Source: Selaginella moellendorffii (Eukaryota; Plantae; Lycopodiophyta). From it: DNA of 64,000 nt. The notes under the pieces are model-generated. The model searched no databases, was not told where the DNA came from, and saw only the letters and a list, made by a program, of their open reading frames with translations. How positions within the stretch are numbered: the first letter of the stretch is position 1; every line of letters starts with the position of its first letter. The translations under genes were made by a program, and so were the position numbers. Below are positions 26,061-36,659 of the stretch, piece after piece. The stretch is from positions 1,120,047-1,184,046 of the forward strand of contig NW_003314288.1 in assembly GCF_000143415.4 (NCBI RefSeq), in the 5' to 3' direction.

Positions 26061-26993
26061 ATGGCCGATCCGCAATCTCCTCCTTTGACTCTAGAGCAGC
26101 AGTTGGTTCAATTGCTTGATGCTATGCGCTTGCAATTGAACAACCAAACTCAGTTGATGGCGGCGTTCACAGCACATGGTACAACTCCTCCTGCTTTTGG
26201 TGCCAATCCTCGCGTTCGGCCGGAGTTCTTTCGTGGGAATCCTGGGGATGATGTGTACCATTGGTTTGATCACTTCACGGTGATTGCCACATATCATTCT
26301 TGGGATGATGCTCGACGTTTGCGTGAGTTCCCCACATGTCTTCAAGGGACGGCATTGCAGTGGTACAATGGATTGAGCGCAGCTACTCGTGGCGATTGGA
26401 GTGTTCTTCCGGACGTCTTCAAACGCGCCTTCGGACACGCCGATGATTGTGATGATGCCTTCCAACAATTGCATCGTCTTCGCCAAGGGCCATCTGAGTC
26501 GGTGATGCAATTTGGCGTTCGTTTCCGAAGTCTTTTGCTTCGTGCGGAGCCAAATATGTCGGAGCGGATCAAGCTAGGAATGCTGTGGCCAGCACTTCGT
26601 CAAGATCTTGTTGGACTTGTGCATGCACTTGCTCCTGCCACTCTTGACGATGCTCTTCACTTGGCACAACGTTATGAGACGTCGCCTCTTCCACTTCTTG
26701 CTACACGTCCTTCAGCTCCACTTCCTATGAGTGATGGTCCTGTTCCCATGGAGGTTGATGCTGCTGCTACTCGAGTCCAAGGACAAGGGCAAGGACATGG
26801 TCGTGGCCGTGACGTTCGTTGCTGGGCGTGTGATGAAGTTGGTCATACTTATCGGCGTTGTCGGCGCTTTCCGGATTGGCGACCTCCATTTCCTGGGTGG
26901 AGACCTTGGCGTCAGCAACGTCCCATTGGTGCTGCTGCGGTGGAAGGTTTGGATACCGAGGTGCATTCGGGAAACGAGGAGTCACGCGAGTAA
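26061..26993 (+). CDS. gag: Retrotransposon Gag (310 aa)
   Basis: Intact ORF with capsid-like motifs (LQGTALQWY, LRQGPSESVMQF), PVPMEVD and the CCHC knuckle CWACDEVGHTYRRC. Confidence 0.92.
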   Translation: MADPQSPPLTLEQQLVQLLDAMRLQLNNQTQLMAAFTAHGTTPPAFGANPRVRPEFFRGNPGDDVYHWFDHFTVIATYHSWDDARRLREFPTCLQGTALQWYNGLSAATRGDWSVLPDVFKRAFGHADDCDDAFQQLHRLRQGPSESVMQFGVRFRSLLLRAEPNMSERIKLGMLWPALRQDLVGLVHALAPATLDDALHLAQRYETSPLPLLATRPSAPLPMSDGPVPMEVDAAATRVQGQGQGHGRGRDVRCWACDEVGHTYRRCRRFPDWRPPFPGWRPWRQQRPIGAAAVEGLDTEVHSGNEESRE

Positions 26994-27032
26994 TGGAGGG
27001 ACCTTGCGCGAATAAGTTAGTGACCCCTCCAT
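26969..27032 (+). promoter_or_regulatory. -1 programmed ribosomal frameshift signal (slippery heptamer plus H-type pseudoknot)
   Basis: G GGA AAC in the gag frame at 26969-26975, a 6-nt spacer, stem 1 at 26982-26990/27003-27011 and stem 2 ATGGAGGG/CCCTCCAT at 26993-27000/27025-27032. Pol is in the -1 frame. Confidence 0.85.
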
Positions 27033-30000
27033 CTTTCTTTCGGGAGTATCATCAAGGGGTTCACTCGGCACCAGTTCATCCAGTGTTTACTTTCCAAGCT
27101 CGTTTTTATAACAAGAGGTCTCCTATTCTTCTCTCCGTGTTGGTTGATACAGGTTCGAGTTTATCTTCTATTGCTCGACCTGTTGCCACACATTGTCGTC
27201 TACACTTGCGTCGTGCGGCGGATCCAGTTTTCATTCTTTATGGCAACGGCCGTACACATGCATGTGCACGAGATGAGGCGGACCTAGTTGTGCGTGTGGG
27301 CGATCTCGAGCTTGAGTTGCAGTCGTTGCGGGTGGTGCCGAGTCAAGCTTTTGACCTCATTCTTGGTATGGATTGGTTGCAGCACAATCATGCCAAGTGT
27401 GACTTTGAGGCTTTTCCCCCTTGTCTCATACTTCCTTATGTTTCATCCATTCCTCTCACTTCCGTACCTCTTCGTCCCTCTACTTCTACCTCTGCTTCCA
27501 TTACTTTTGTTCCCCCATTATTTCCTCTTGTGTTTCCATCTTGTTCTGCTCTTCCCTTTTCCGATCCCTCCGATGATCTTTGTGTTGCAGCTGTTGACCA
27601 GCTCATGAAGGAGTATTCTGATCTCTTTGAATTTGACCTATCGTCTGGGGCCAAGATTGCCACACGTCATCCCATTCCAACCGGGGATGCTCGTCCAATC
27701 AAGGTTCCTGTTCGTCGTCGGTCACCCAAGGAGATCAAGATTTTACGTGCAAACGTCAAGGAGATGTTGGAGAAGGGTGTTATTCGGAAGTCGCGGAGTC
27801 CTTGGGCATGTGAACCTCATCTTGTGACGAAGCCTGATGGGAGTATTCGTTTTTGCATCGACTATCGTCCGTTAAATGAAGTGACGATCCCGGACGTGTA
27901 CCCTCTTCCTCACACTGCTGATCTCTTGGATCGTCTGGGGCGAAGTCGTTGGTTCACCAAGCTAGATCTTGCTTCTGGGTATTGGCAAGTACCGATGGCT
28001 GAAGACGATATTCCTAAGACTGTTTTTCGTACACCATTTGGTTTGTACGAGTTTTTGGTGATGCCGTTTGGTTTGAACAATGCTCCAGCAACTTTTCAGT
28101 GGATGATGGACAAGGTCCTTTGCGATATGCCGGAGGTGACGGCTGACTTCATTGATGATGTCTTGATCCACTCGGAGGGGACGTGGGAGGAGCATGTTCG
28201 TGATGTTTGTAAAGTGTTGGATCGGCTATGCGACGTGGGTTTAAAGCTGAAGCGGTCGAAGTGCGTGTTTGGGTCCAAGGACACAACTTATCTTGGGTAC
28301 CGTATTTCTCGTGAGGGTTTGCAAGTTGATCCTGACAAACTTGTGGCTGTTCTAAAGTTCCCTACTCCGAAGTGTGTGAATGATGTGCAGCGCTTTTTGG
28401 GTAAGGTGCAGTATCTCGGTCGTTTTGTGGATCATCTTTCCGATCGCACTTTACCATTGCGAGCATTGCTGAAGTCATCAACGTCATCTTTCATCTGGTC
28501 TCCCGATTGTGAGCGGGCGTTCGTGAATCTCAAAGAGCTATTGACGACTCCTCCGGTTTTGGCCTATCCTGACTACACTCGACCTTTTATTTTGCGCGTG
28601 GATGCTTCTGACATTGGTCTTGGAGGTGTGTTGATGCAAGAGAGCTCGAGTGTGCCTGGTCAGCGCCATCCCATTGCATACATAAGCCGTACATTACAAC
28701 CAGCGGAGATGAACTACTCCACGATGGAGAAGGAGTGTTTAGCAGCAGTCTGGGGTTTCGAGAAACTTCATGCCTATTTACATGGTTCTCGGACGTTACT
28801 TGAAGGTGACCATGCTGCTGTTACTTCATTATTGAAGCGGAAGAACCTGGTTGGTCGTACGGCTCGATGGGCTTTGAAGCTTCAGATATATGATTTCGAT
28901 GTTGTTCATCGCCCAGGGAGTTCTATGGCTGATGCTGATGCCCTTTCTCGAGCTCCTCTTCCTTCTCCACTCACTTCTCATGTTTCTGACGAACCTATTG
29001 TTCCAGCATCTATGGATTTTCTAGATGAGGATTCTGTGCCATCGGCGGTTGCTGTCCTTGACGTTCAGTGTCCACAGGGCGTGGAGCAAGATCTACCTTC
29101 TCTGGATGAGGTTCGCGAGGCTCAAAAGATTAAGCCGTGGATTCGAAGGCTTCGAGATGGGTTTGAGAATCCTGCATCACTTGCTGATGACTTGCCTTTT
29201 CGGCATTTACATTCTCAATATCGCCTTGAAGATGGCCTTCTTTATTTTGTGGGGATGGATCCTGATGCTCATTTACGGCTGGTGGTGCCTTCGGTGTTTA
29301 TTCCGTGGTTTCTCCATGCCTACCATGATTCTCCTATTCTAGGTGGGCATATGGGACACCGTCGTGTCACCGAGAAGCTGCGCAGATCTTTCTATTGGCC
29401 AGAGATGCGACGTGATATTATCCGGTATGTGCGTAGCTGCATTTGGTGCCAAGCTCGTAATACTCCCCCTTGTGCTGCGGAAGGACGGTTGGAGTCAATT
29501 GCAGTTTCTCGTCCGTTTGAGTTGGTGGCGTTTGATCTTATGGGACCTTTTCCGCGATCGACTGCTGGCAATGAGTATGTTATTATTGCTTCTGACTACT
29601 TGACTCGTTGGGTGGAAGTTGGTGCTCTTGCTAGTGCCTCTGCAACTGCTGTTGGATACTTCCTCCTCAATCGAGTGGTGTTCCAGCATTCTTGTCCAGA
29701 ACGGATTCTTTCGGATAATGGTCCTGCATTTATGGCTGAGGTATTTCATGTTTTGACATCTCGGTTGGGGATACGCCACACTTTTACTAGTGCTTATCAT
29801 CCACAATCAGACGGTCTGGAGGAACGGCTCGTTCGGACATTCAAAGGGATGATTGTGAAGTATGTGAACTTTCAACATTCGGATTGGGATGGTTATTTGC
29901 CATCTCTTCGATATGCTTATGTCACAGGGGTGTAGAGTTCTGTTGGTGCTTCACCATATAAACTTCTATATGGTCATGATCCAATATTACCAACAGAGCT

Positions 30001-30457
30001 GGGTTTACCTTCGCGATTGCCACGAGCTCCTGATGCTAGGTCATGGGATCAATATTTGACAAGCATTCTTCCACTTGTCCGAGCAGAGTCTGCTGAACAC
30101 TTAGGCCGCGTACAAGTGGGACAACAACGGCGTTACAATTCCCATCATCGTCCACCAGCGGAGTACAAAGTGGATGATTTGGTGTTAGTCCGTTTTCCCC
30201 ATCTTACGATACGTGGTTTATCTAAGGGGCTCCTTGCGCAGTGGAAAGGACCGTATCGGGTGTTGCGGCAAGTTGGACCACAAGTTTATGAGGTTCGGCA
30301 TGACGTTCAGCAGGCCGATCCTCCGGAGATTGTGCATGTGCATCGGTTAAAACGCTTCATACAAAGGGATCAGGAGCAGTTAATACCGTCTACAGATCCA
30401 CCGATGCCTCCTCTTGACATTCCTCCAGATCCCGGCCCATCTACAAGAGAACCCTGA
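26975..30457 (+). pseudogene. pol: Pol (protease, RT, RNase H, integrase) with a single premature TAG at 29933-29935
   Basis: VDTGS, FIDD, VDASDIG, HDSPILGGH...CIWC, DDE motifs. The ORF at 30017-30457 (WKGPY motif) is in the same frame after the stop. Confidence 0.92.
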
Positions 30458-30489
30458 CGGCCTTCCATTATTCCGAGAGGAGGGGATGA

Positions 30490-30663
30490 TGTGAGGGCCA
30501 AGAGTACGGCTACGATGCCGTATACTAATATTAGCGTAGTGGATTTTGGTAGCCGTCGGATTGGTTTCAATCCGGACCACTCGCTCCTGTATATAAGCTA
30601 GGGTTTTTGGGTTAATTGATATGCACATTTCTGTATTCCTTTTCCATATTCCATGCACTCACA
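30490..30663 (+). repeat. 3' LTR (174 bp)
   Basis: Direct repeat of 25676-25849, followed by TSD GTGT. Confidence 0.96.
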
Positions 30664-30782
30664 GTGTTTGATAATATCTTCTTTGCTTTTAGTTTTTTAT
30701 TTTCGAAAGAAAAATAATGGGGGAGTGCTTTGGTGGTTAATTAAATGAGCATGTTTAGAGATGTTTATAAGAGTTTAGCTCT

Positions 30783-32681
30783 GGACCAATTCGCACATGA
30801 GTTACCCGAAAATTAAAGTTCAAAATTTATTTGCACAATAACTTAAGCTAAAGTAATGTACTTACCCTTATTTTTTATGGGAAAATTATTATTTTGGATT
30901 CGCACGAAAAAAAAGCGAATTTAGAGAATTCCTAAGTAATTTTCAAAAACCCCGACCAAATCTAAAGTGGGGGTCATTTTATTTTAAGGGAAGTTGTTAA
31001 AAAATATTCCGGAAATATTTGAGAAGATTCTTTGGCGACTTTTCTTCAATTAGGTTTTGTTGCTTGCTATGCAAGCTTTCATACACATTGCGGATGACAA
31101 GAGCCCCGGTCTCCAAGTGCTGCCTGAGGAAGAAGACTGTGAACTTGAGGTTCGTGGGGCTGTGATTGGGAGGAGGTTTTGCATCGGCCTGTGGTGGGTG
31201 AAGCCTCGAAATGTCACCACCTAGGTGGAAGAGGAAACTTCAGATGGAGAAGAGGACCTTCTTCACCATTTGTGGCATGCTGGAGAGTGAGATCCGGAAG
31301 CAAGGTTGGAGGAGTGCAGTGCCAATGGATGTTCGACTGGGGGTGACTTTGTACAAGCTTTTCAAGAACACAGATTACTTGGATCTGGCGGACAAGTTCA
31401 GCATTGGGAAGTCCACAGCTCATGAGATTGTCATGGACACCACTGCGGCAATTGTCAAGTGCCTCAGGTACAAGATTCATTTTCCTTCAACCGCCAAGGA
31501 GGTTCGAGCTGTTGCTGCTGGCTTTCGACAAGTGACAGGTACATTTTCTTATGTTTTTTGGATTGTTATAAGTTTTGATGACCAATAGGAACCAGACTGC
31601 CTAGTGTTGCTGGGGCGATCTACTGTACTCCGAGATCATCCGACCTACTAGACTGGACAGTGAGAGCTACTACGATAGGAAGCAGCAGTACTTGGTCATC
31701 TTGCAAGGGGTTTGTGATGCCCAGAAGAGTTCCTCAGTGTCTACGCTGGGTGGCCAGGTATGTTTCTTTGTGTGTTGTGGATGGTTCTAAAATGTTCTTT
31801 TTGCTTTCAGGACGCGTCCACGACATGAGGGTTTTTTGTAATTCAACCCTCAGGAAAAAGATTGTAGCAAGGGAGCTGCTGACATCGCCTGCGGTGTTAG
31901 CATATGATGATAGGATCAAGCCATACCTAGTGGGGGACAAAGGGTACCAACTCCAGCAGCATCTGATGATTCCACACACAAGTAAGTCTTCTTCATTCTA
32001 CTTTCTTTGGTTCACTTGTTTTGGTTGTTGCTCAGCTCCGAACCCAACACCATCCAAGGCAGCTTTCAACCTTCATCACCACCTTGCTCGGATTGTTATT
32101 GAGCAAGCATTTGGACTTCTTAAAATGAAGTTCAGATGCTTGGATCAAAAACAAAGGATCCAGCCAAAGTACCTTCCCAACATCATCAAGAGTTGTTGCA
32201 TCTTGCACAATTTCTTGATTGATGTTGGGGAGACTGATCTTCGGGTGGAGATCCAAGCTTGGAGGAAAGAGGTGAAAAGGCTCAAGGCCCAGGACCTCTT
32301 TGTCGATTACGGTGATCCCGAGCAAGCAGAAGGGGAGCCTCGTGAGAGAGGATGTGAAAGAGGTTAGAGAGAACCTCACGTTTTCCCTCTGTCTTTGCCA
32401 GTGGCGTTCGTGTTTGCTTTGAAATTTGCCGGGATATAATTCTAAACATTTGAATTTGAATTTGAAATTTCAAAATTTGAATTAAGTGAATTTTAAGTGT
32501 TCGAATGCATTGTTTTTAAGTGCGAATCCGAGGGTGTTTTTCCACTTAAATCTAAGACATGTGCGAATGCAAAAGTCCTTATAAATTTACTTTGCAACAC
32601 AATTTTTTTCAATGTGCGAACCCAATTTTTAAAGTGGGTCGCTTAAGTTTTTTTTCACTAAATAAATGTGCGAATTGGTCC
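30783..32681 (+). mobile_element. PIF/Harbinger-type DNA transposon (1.9 kb)
   Basis: Perfect 16-bp TIRs, GGACCAATTCGCACAT (30783-30798) and ATGTGCGAATTGGTCC (32666-32681); subterminal GTGCGAA repeats; internal HARBI1-like transposase. Confidence 0.88.
31070..32367 (+). pseudogene. HARBI1/DDE_Tnp_4-like transposase, intron-containing, degraded
   Basis: LADKFSIGKSTAHEIV, AGAIYCT (first catalytic D replaced by Y), GWPGRVHDMRVF, YLVGDKGY, ARIVIEQAFGLLKMKFRCL. GT-AG introns at ~31539-31588, 31758-31810 and 31982-32035. The start is approximate. Confidence 0.82.
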
Positions 32682-32897
32682 TTTCTCAACATAAAAGATA
32701 ATGTTTTGCCAAGCTTACCACAACCACTGGCAACCTTGATTGCCAATGATGTTGTCCTTGGCTGCGGTATCTATAACCATACAGCTAGGGCCAAAGTTAC
32801 ACCACCAAATGGCCATAGCAAGCACAGGCATGGTGGCACAAGGTCTCGGCCATGGCTAGCACTACCTTGGCTGGCCTTAGCCGTGGCATAGCCATCT

Positions 32898-33300
32898 ACT
32901 AGAGGAGCTAGAGGAGAGCTGTTGTAGGAGGAGTGCTAGAGGAGTTGGAGGAGAGCTGTTTCAGGAGAAGTGCTGGAGGAGCTGGAGAGCTGCTATAGGA
33001 GGAGTGCTGGAGGAGCTGGAGGAGACTCAATGCACAAATGGTTTTGGAGGAGCTAGAGGGTGAGAAAGAACGATTTGATGAAAATAAAAAAATACTGAAA
33101 AATCCAAGAGTAGGATTGGCAAAAGTACAATGTGGAAGAGAGTTGTTGCAGGAGGAGCACTAGAGGACATGGAGGAGAGTTGCTACAGGAAGAGTGTTGG
33201 AGGGAGGAGATATGTTGCATTGGAGGAAAGTAAGAGCCACTAGAGGAGCCACTAGCCACTAAGGGCACTAGAGGAAAATAAGAGTTGCTAGGTGGAGAGT
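32898..33300. repeat. Degenerate purine-rich minisatellite (GGAGGAGCTGGAGGAGAGCTG-like units)
   Basis: Repeated GGAGGAG/AGTGCTGGAGG/AGAGCTGTTG motifs. Confidence 0.6.
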
Positions 33301-33799
33301 TGGGCATTATACACAATAACCATCTACACTAACTAACCCTAACCGAACTCAAATAGATATAATTTTCTACATTGCACTATGCAACAACGTTTGGTTTGCT
33401 TTGATATTGTCAATTTTTACATAAATAAAAAATTTATATGATGTACTCATTTTAATACATTTTTTTATTCATATGTACTTCTTGTTTATCTCTCAAAGAG
33501 TTCAATTAATGTTTTTTTTATCAATTTTATTCATCCTATGGCAAGCTTAAAGCAAATAGTGAAAAATATAAGGAAGAAGTCCTACACTCTTGCTATACTA
33601 AAATCTTGCAAACTTTCCTTTGAGAACATTATTACTAGTCAAAAAGTTCACTTTGTTTTAGTAGTCTGATGTGTTTGTCTTTATAGCATGTCCATAAACA
33701 GAAGACAAGGAACTTTTTACTTGCTCCTCGTAGTAGAGTATCACAGTGATAGAAGAAGTTTGAGCTTCTTCTCCATGCAATGGGCAACAATATAATCAA

Positions 33800-36490
33800 G
33801 TGGCTGCAGTGATTGATACAAAAGTTGTCCTGGATCTTGCTTGTTAGGCTGGCATGGCTACTACACTGATAAAGGTAAGTTATGCAAAGATTTAATAAGG
33901 TGTTGCTGGATTGTCCTTACTGGGCTTACAGTTAGATCATGGATGATCAGGAGCTCACAGTTTTGCACAAGATTTGATCAAACATGTTTCTTGCTTGAGC
34001 TAGGATCCTTGATCTGCCATGGGTGGTGATCAATGCATTCACAAAAGGTGCCGGAATGAAATCCAACAGCTTAAGCACTTTCAAAAGACACCCATTCTAG
34101 GCATTTCCAGTGATCATTGCATTCCAAGAGACCAAGGTCCTCTTGCTCAAAACTTCCTGCTATGCTCATGATCACATTTCCAAGATTGAGCTCCATGTTT
34201 CTAGAATTCTTCTGTGAATCGTCACTTCTTTCTCATACTGCACAGGTCACAAATCACCCAAGAAATCGCCTCATGGAGGCTGCAACACTCAATAGTTCTA
34301 GGACTGGCAAACAAGCCCTGTCCGATGGACAGCCACTTCTCCTTACGTGGGAATGTGCACATTACAGAGGTTCGTTTCTGTTTTCCAGTCTGTCTTTTAA
34401 CTCCTCAAATGTCTTGATCATTATGAAGAAGGGAACCCATTGAGAAAATACAGTGTTGGGCAGACTGTTCGAGCTAAAATCCTTTCAAAACGCAAAACCA
34501 GCAGAAAGCACAGAAATGCTGCCACTTTGGATTTATCTCTACGTCCATCTGAGCTTGCAGGTCTGTATGGTGGCCCTTTGAATTAGCTTACTTATCATGA
34601 CTTGCAGGAAACGATGCTGCATGCTCAGTGATTACTTTCGAGACCGTAACCATTGAACAGTCGGTTATCAGATACGTTCAAGAAGTAAAGGACAACTGGG
34701 CATGGCTAGTCCTCTCACCCCATCTTAAAGGCTGCCTTTTTATACTGGACACGTCTGACGATCCCTCGGAGCTTGAACGATTTTTAAAGAGCACTTCAAA
34801 GTCGGTGACCTGTTCCAGTTGCCATATAAGAAGTGTTAACCACGAAAGGAAGCAAGTGGATTTGTCTCTACACCCGAAAGCAAGTGATGAACAATTCAAG
34901 AAAGGCGACCTGTTAGGCTGACGAATCACACGAGTTTTTGCTGGTGTTGGCGGACATACTGTGCAAGGCAGATGGGAAAGTTTCAGAAAAGTTCATGTAA
35001 CGATACATGGATTGATGACCCAGCCAGTTTATTTACAGAGGGACAGTTCGTAAGGTGCAGGGTCTTGGATTTAAAACGACCAGGGAGGGGAGAGATGGGC
35101 TTGGAACTTTCAGTAAGTTGGTGGACGTGGTGGTTTTGAGTCCCTTCCGAGCTATCAAACACTACTTCCGAGATTTGCATTAAATTTTTTTGACTCTGCA
35201 TCCAATGCTCGTATTGTCAATTCCGTGTTGGAACTTAAGCAAGATATGAAGTGCAAGTAGGCAGAAACCTTGCATGCTGTGGACGTGACTTGTTTTTGTG
35301 TTGCAGGGTTTTGTCAAGAATGTGATGGAGAAAGGTTGTTTTGTGGTCCTGTCACCTTCACTTGAAGCTAGAATTCAACTGAAGAACCTATCGAACTCGT
35401 TTGTACAAAACCCTGCAGAAATGTTTCCACCAGGCAAGGTGATATCGGGAAGGTATGAACTTTTCTCCGTATGGAAGTGTTTGCTGATATCTNNNNNNNN
35501 NNNNNNNNNNNNNNNNNNNNNNNNNNNNNNNNNNNNNNNNNNNNNNNNNNNNNNNNNNNNNNNNNNNNNNNNNNNNNNNNNNNNNNNNNNNNNNNNNNNN
35601 NNNNNNNNNNNNNNNNNNNNNNNNNNNNNNNNNNNNNNNNNNNNNNNNNNNNNNNNNNNNNNNNNNNNNNNNNNNNNNNNNNNNNNNNNNNNNNNNNNNN
35701 NNNNNNNNNNNNNNNNNNNNNNNNNNNNNNNNNCATGTCTCTGAAGTGTTTTACGATTTTATTCAAGACTTGTCAACACTTTACAAAGTCAGCCAATGGG
35801 TTCAAGTAAAGATTCTAAAGGTGAGAACGAAAGCTTTAGTAAAACCACAGGGTTATGATTTCCCTCTACAGGTTGATGCGGAAACCAAACGTATATCTCT
35901 TGGAATGAAAGCGTCATATCTGACCCCTGAGGATGGCATCGATACGATGGAGGAAGAAGGTATAAATGAAGAGCCTTCGAACACAAATGTGCTCATGGAT
36001 AATGATGAGAGGGAGGAGGAGGACTACTTGGATCTGGCATCAAAACGATTCCCACAGCTATGCATGTCGATCCACTCTCAACAAAGACGTTGAGGATACA
36101 GTGCCAATTGACTTGAAAGAGCAGAGTTACTTCTTGTTTATATTTACTCTTCTCATGTCCTGCTTCTCAACAGGGAGGCTGCAGCAAAAGAGAAGTTATT
36201 ACAGAAGGACCAGCCTCCAGAGACCAAGGACGACTTTGAAAGGCTTGTAGCAGCGTCACCAAATAGTAGCTACGTGTGAATCAAATGCATGGCTTATTGG
36301 TTGTGTCTTGCGGACCTGGACAAGGTGCGAGCAGTGGCTGAAAGGTAACACTCTACTCGCATTTGATTCTATTTTTCTTTAGGTGTTACAATCCAAGCTC
36401 TTTTTTATAGGGCATTGGAAAAGATAATTTACCGAGAAGAAATGGAAAAGATGAACATATGGATGGCTTATCTCAACCTAGAGAATTCTC
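33800..36490 (+). pseudogene. RRP5: RRP5 (rRNA biogenesis protein, S1 repeats plus HAT region), partial intron-containing pseudogene
   Basis: S1 motifs (YSVGQTVRAKIL...LDLSLRPS; GFVKNVMEKGCFVVLS...PPGKVISGR; VDAETKRISLGMK) and the HAT start (PETKDDFERLVAASPNSSYV*IK...[29 protein letters not shown]). TGA at 36277, frameshifts, truncated before the LTR element; includes an N-gap. Confidence 0.85.
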
Positions 36491-36659
36491 TTCTAGAATT
36501 TGAAGAGCAAATGGCAATTACTTTAGGTGGTTATAATGATCATGGAAACTACTACAGTAAGCATGCTTGTGTTTGGGGATGGAGATCAAGGGTATGGTAG
36601 AAGACCTTAATGTTTTGAGTGCTAATGTTGGGGATATATTACAACAAAGTGTGGCAATT

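Larger units (their letters stand above)
25676..30663 (+). mobile_element. Young full-length Ty3/Gypsy element (possibly Selgy-like non-chromovirus)
   Basis: 174-bp LTRs at 25676-25849 and 30490-30663 differ at 2 positions (TGTGAG...CTCACA). 4-bp TSD GTGT, PBS TGGTGGAGGTGAGGGG, PPT GAGAGGAGGGGA before the 3' LTR. Confidence 0.96.
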
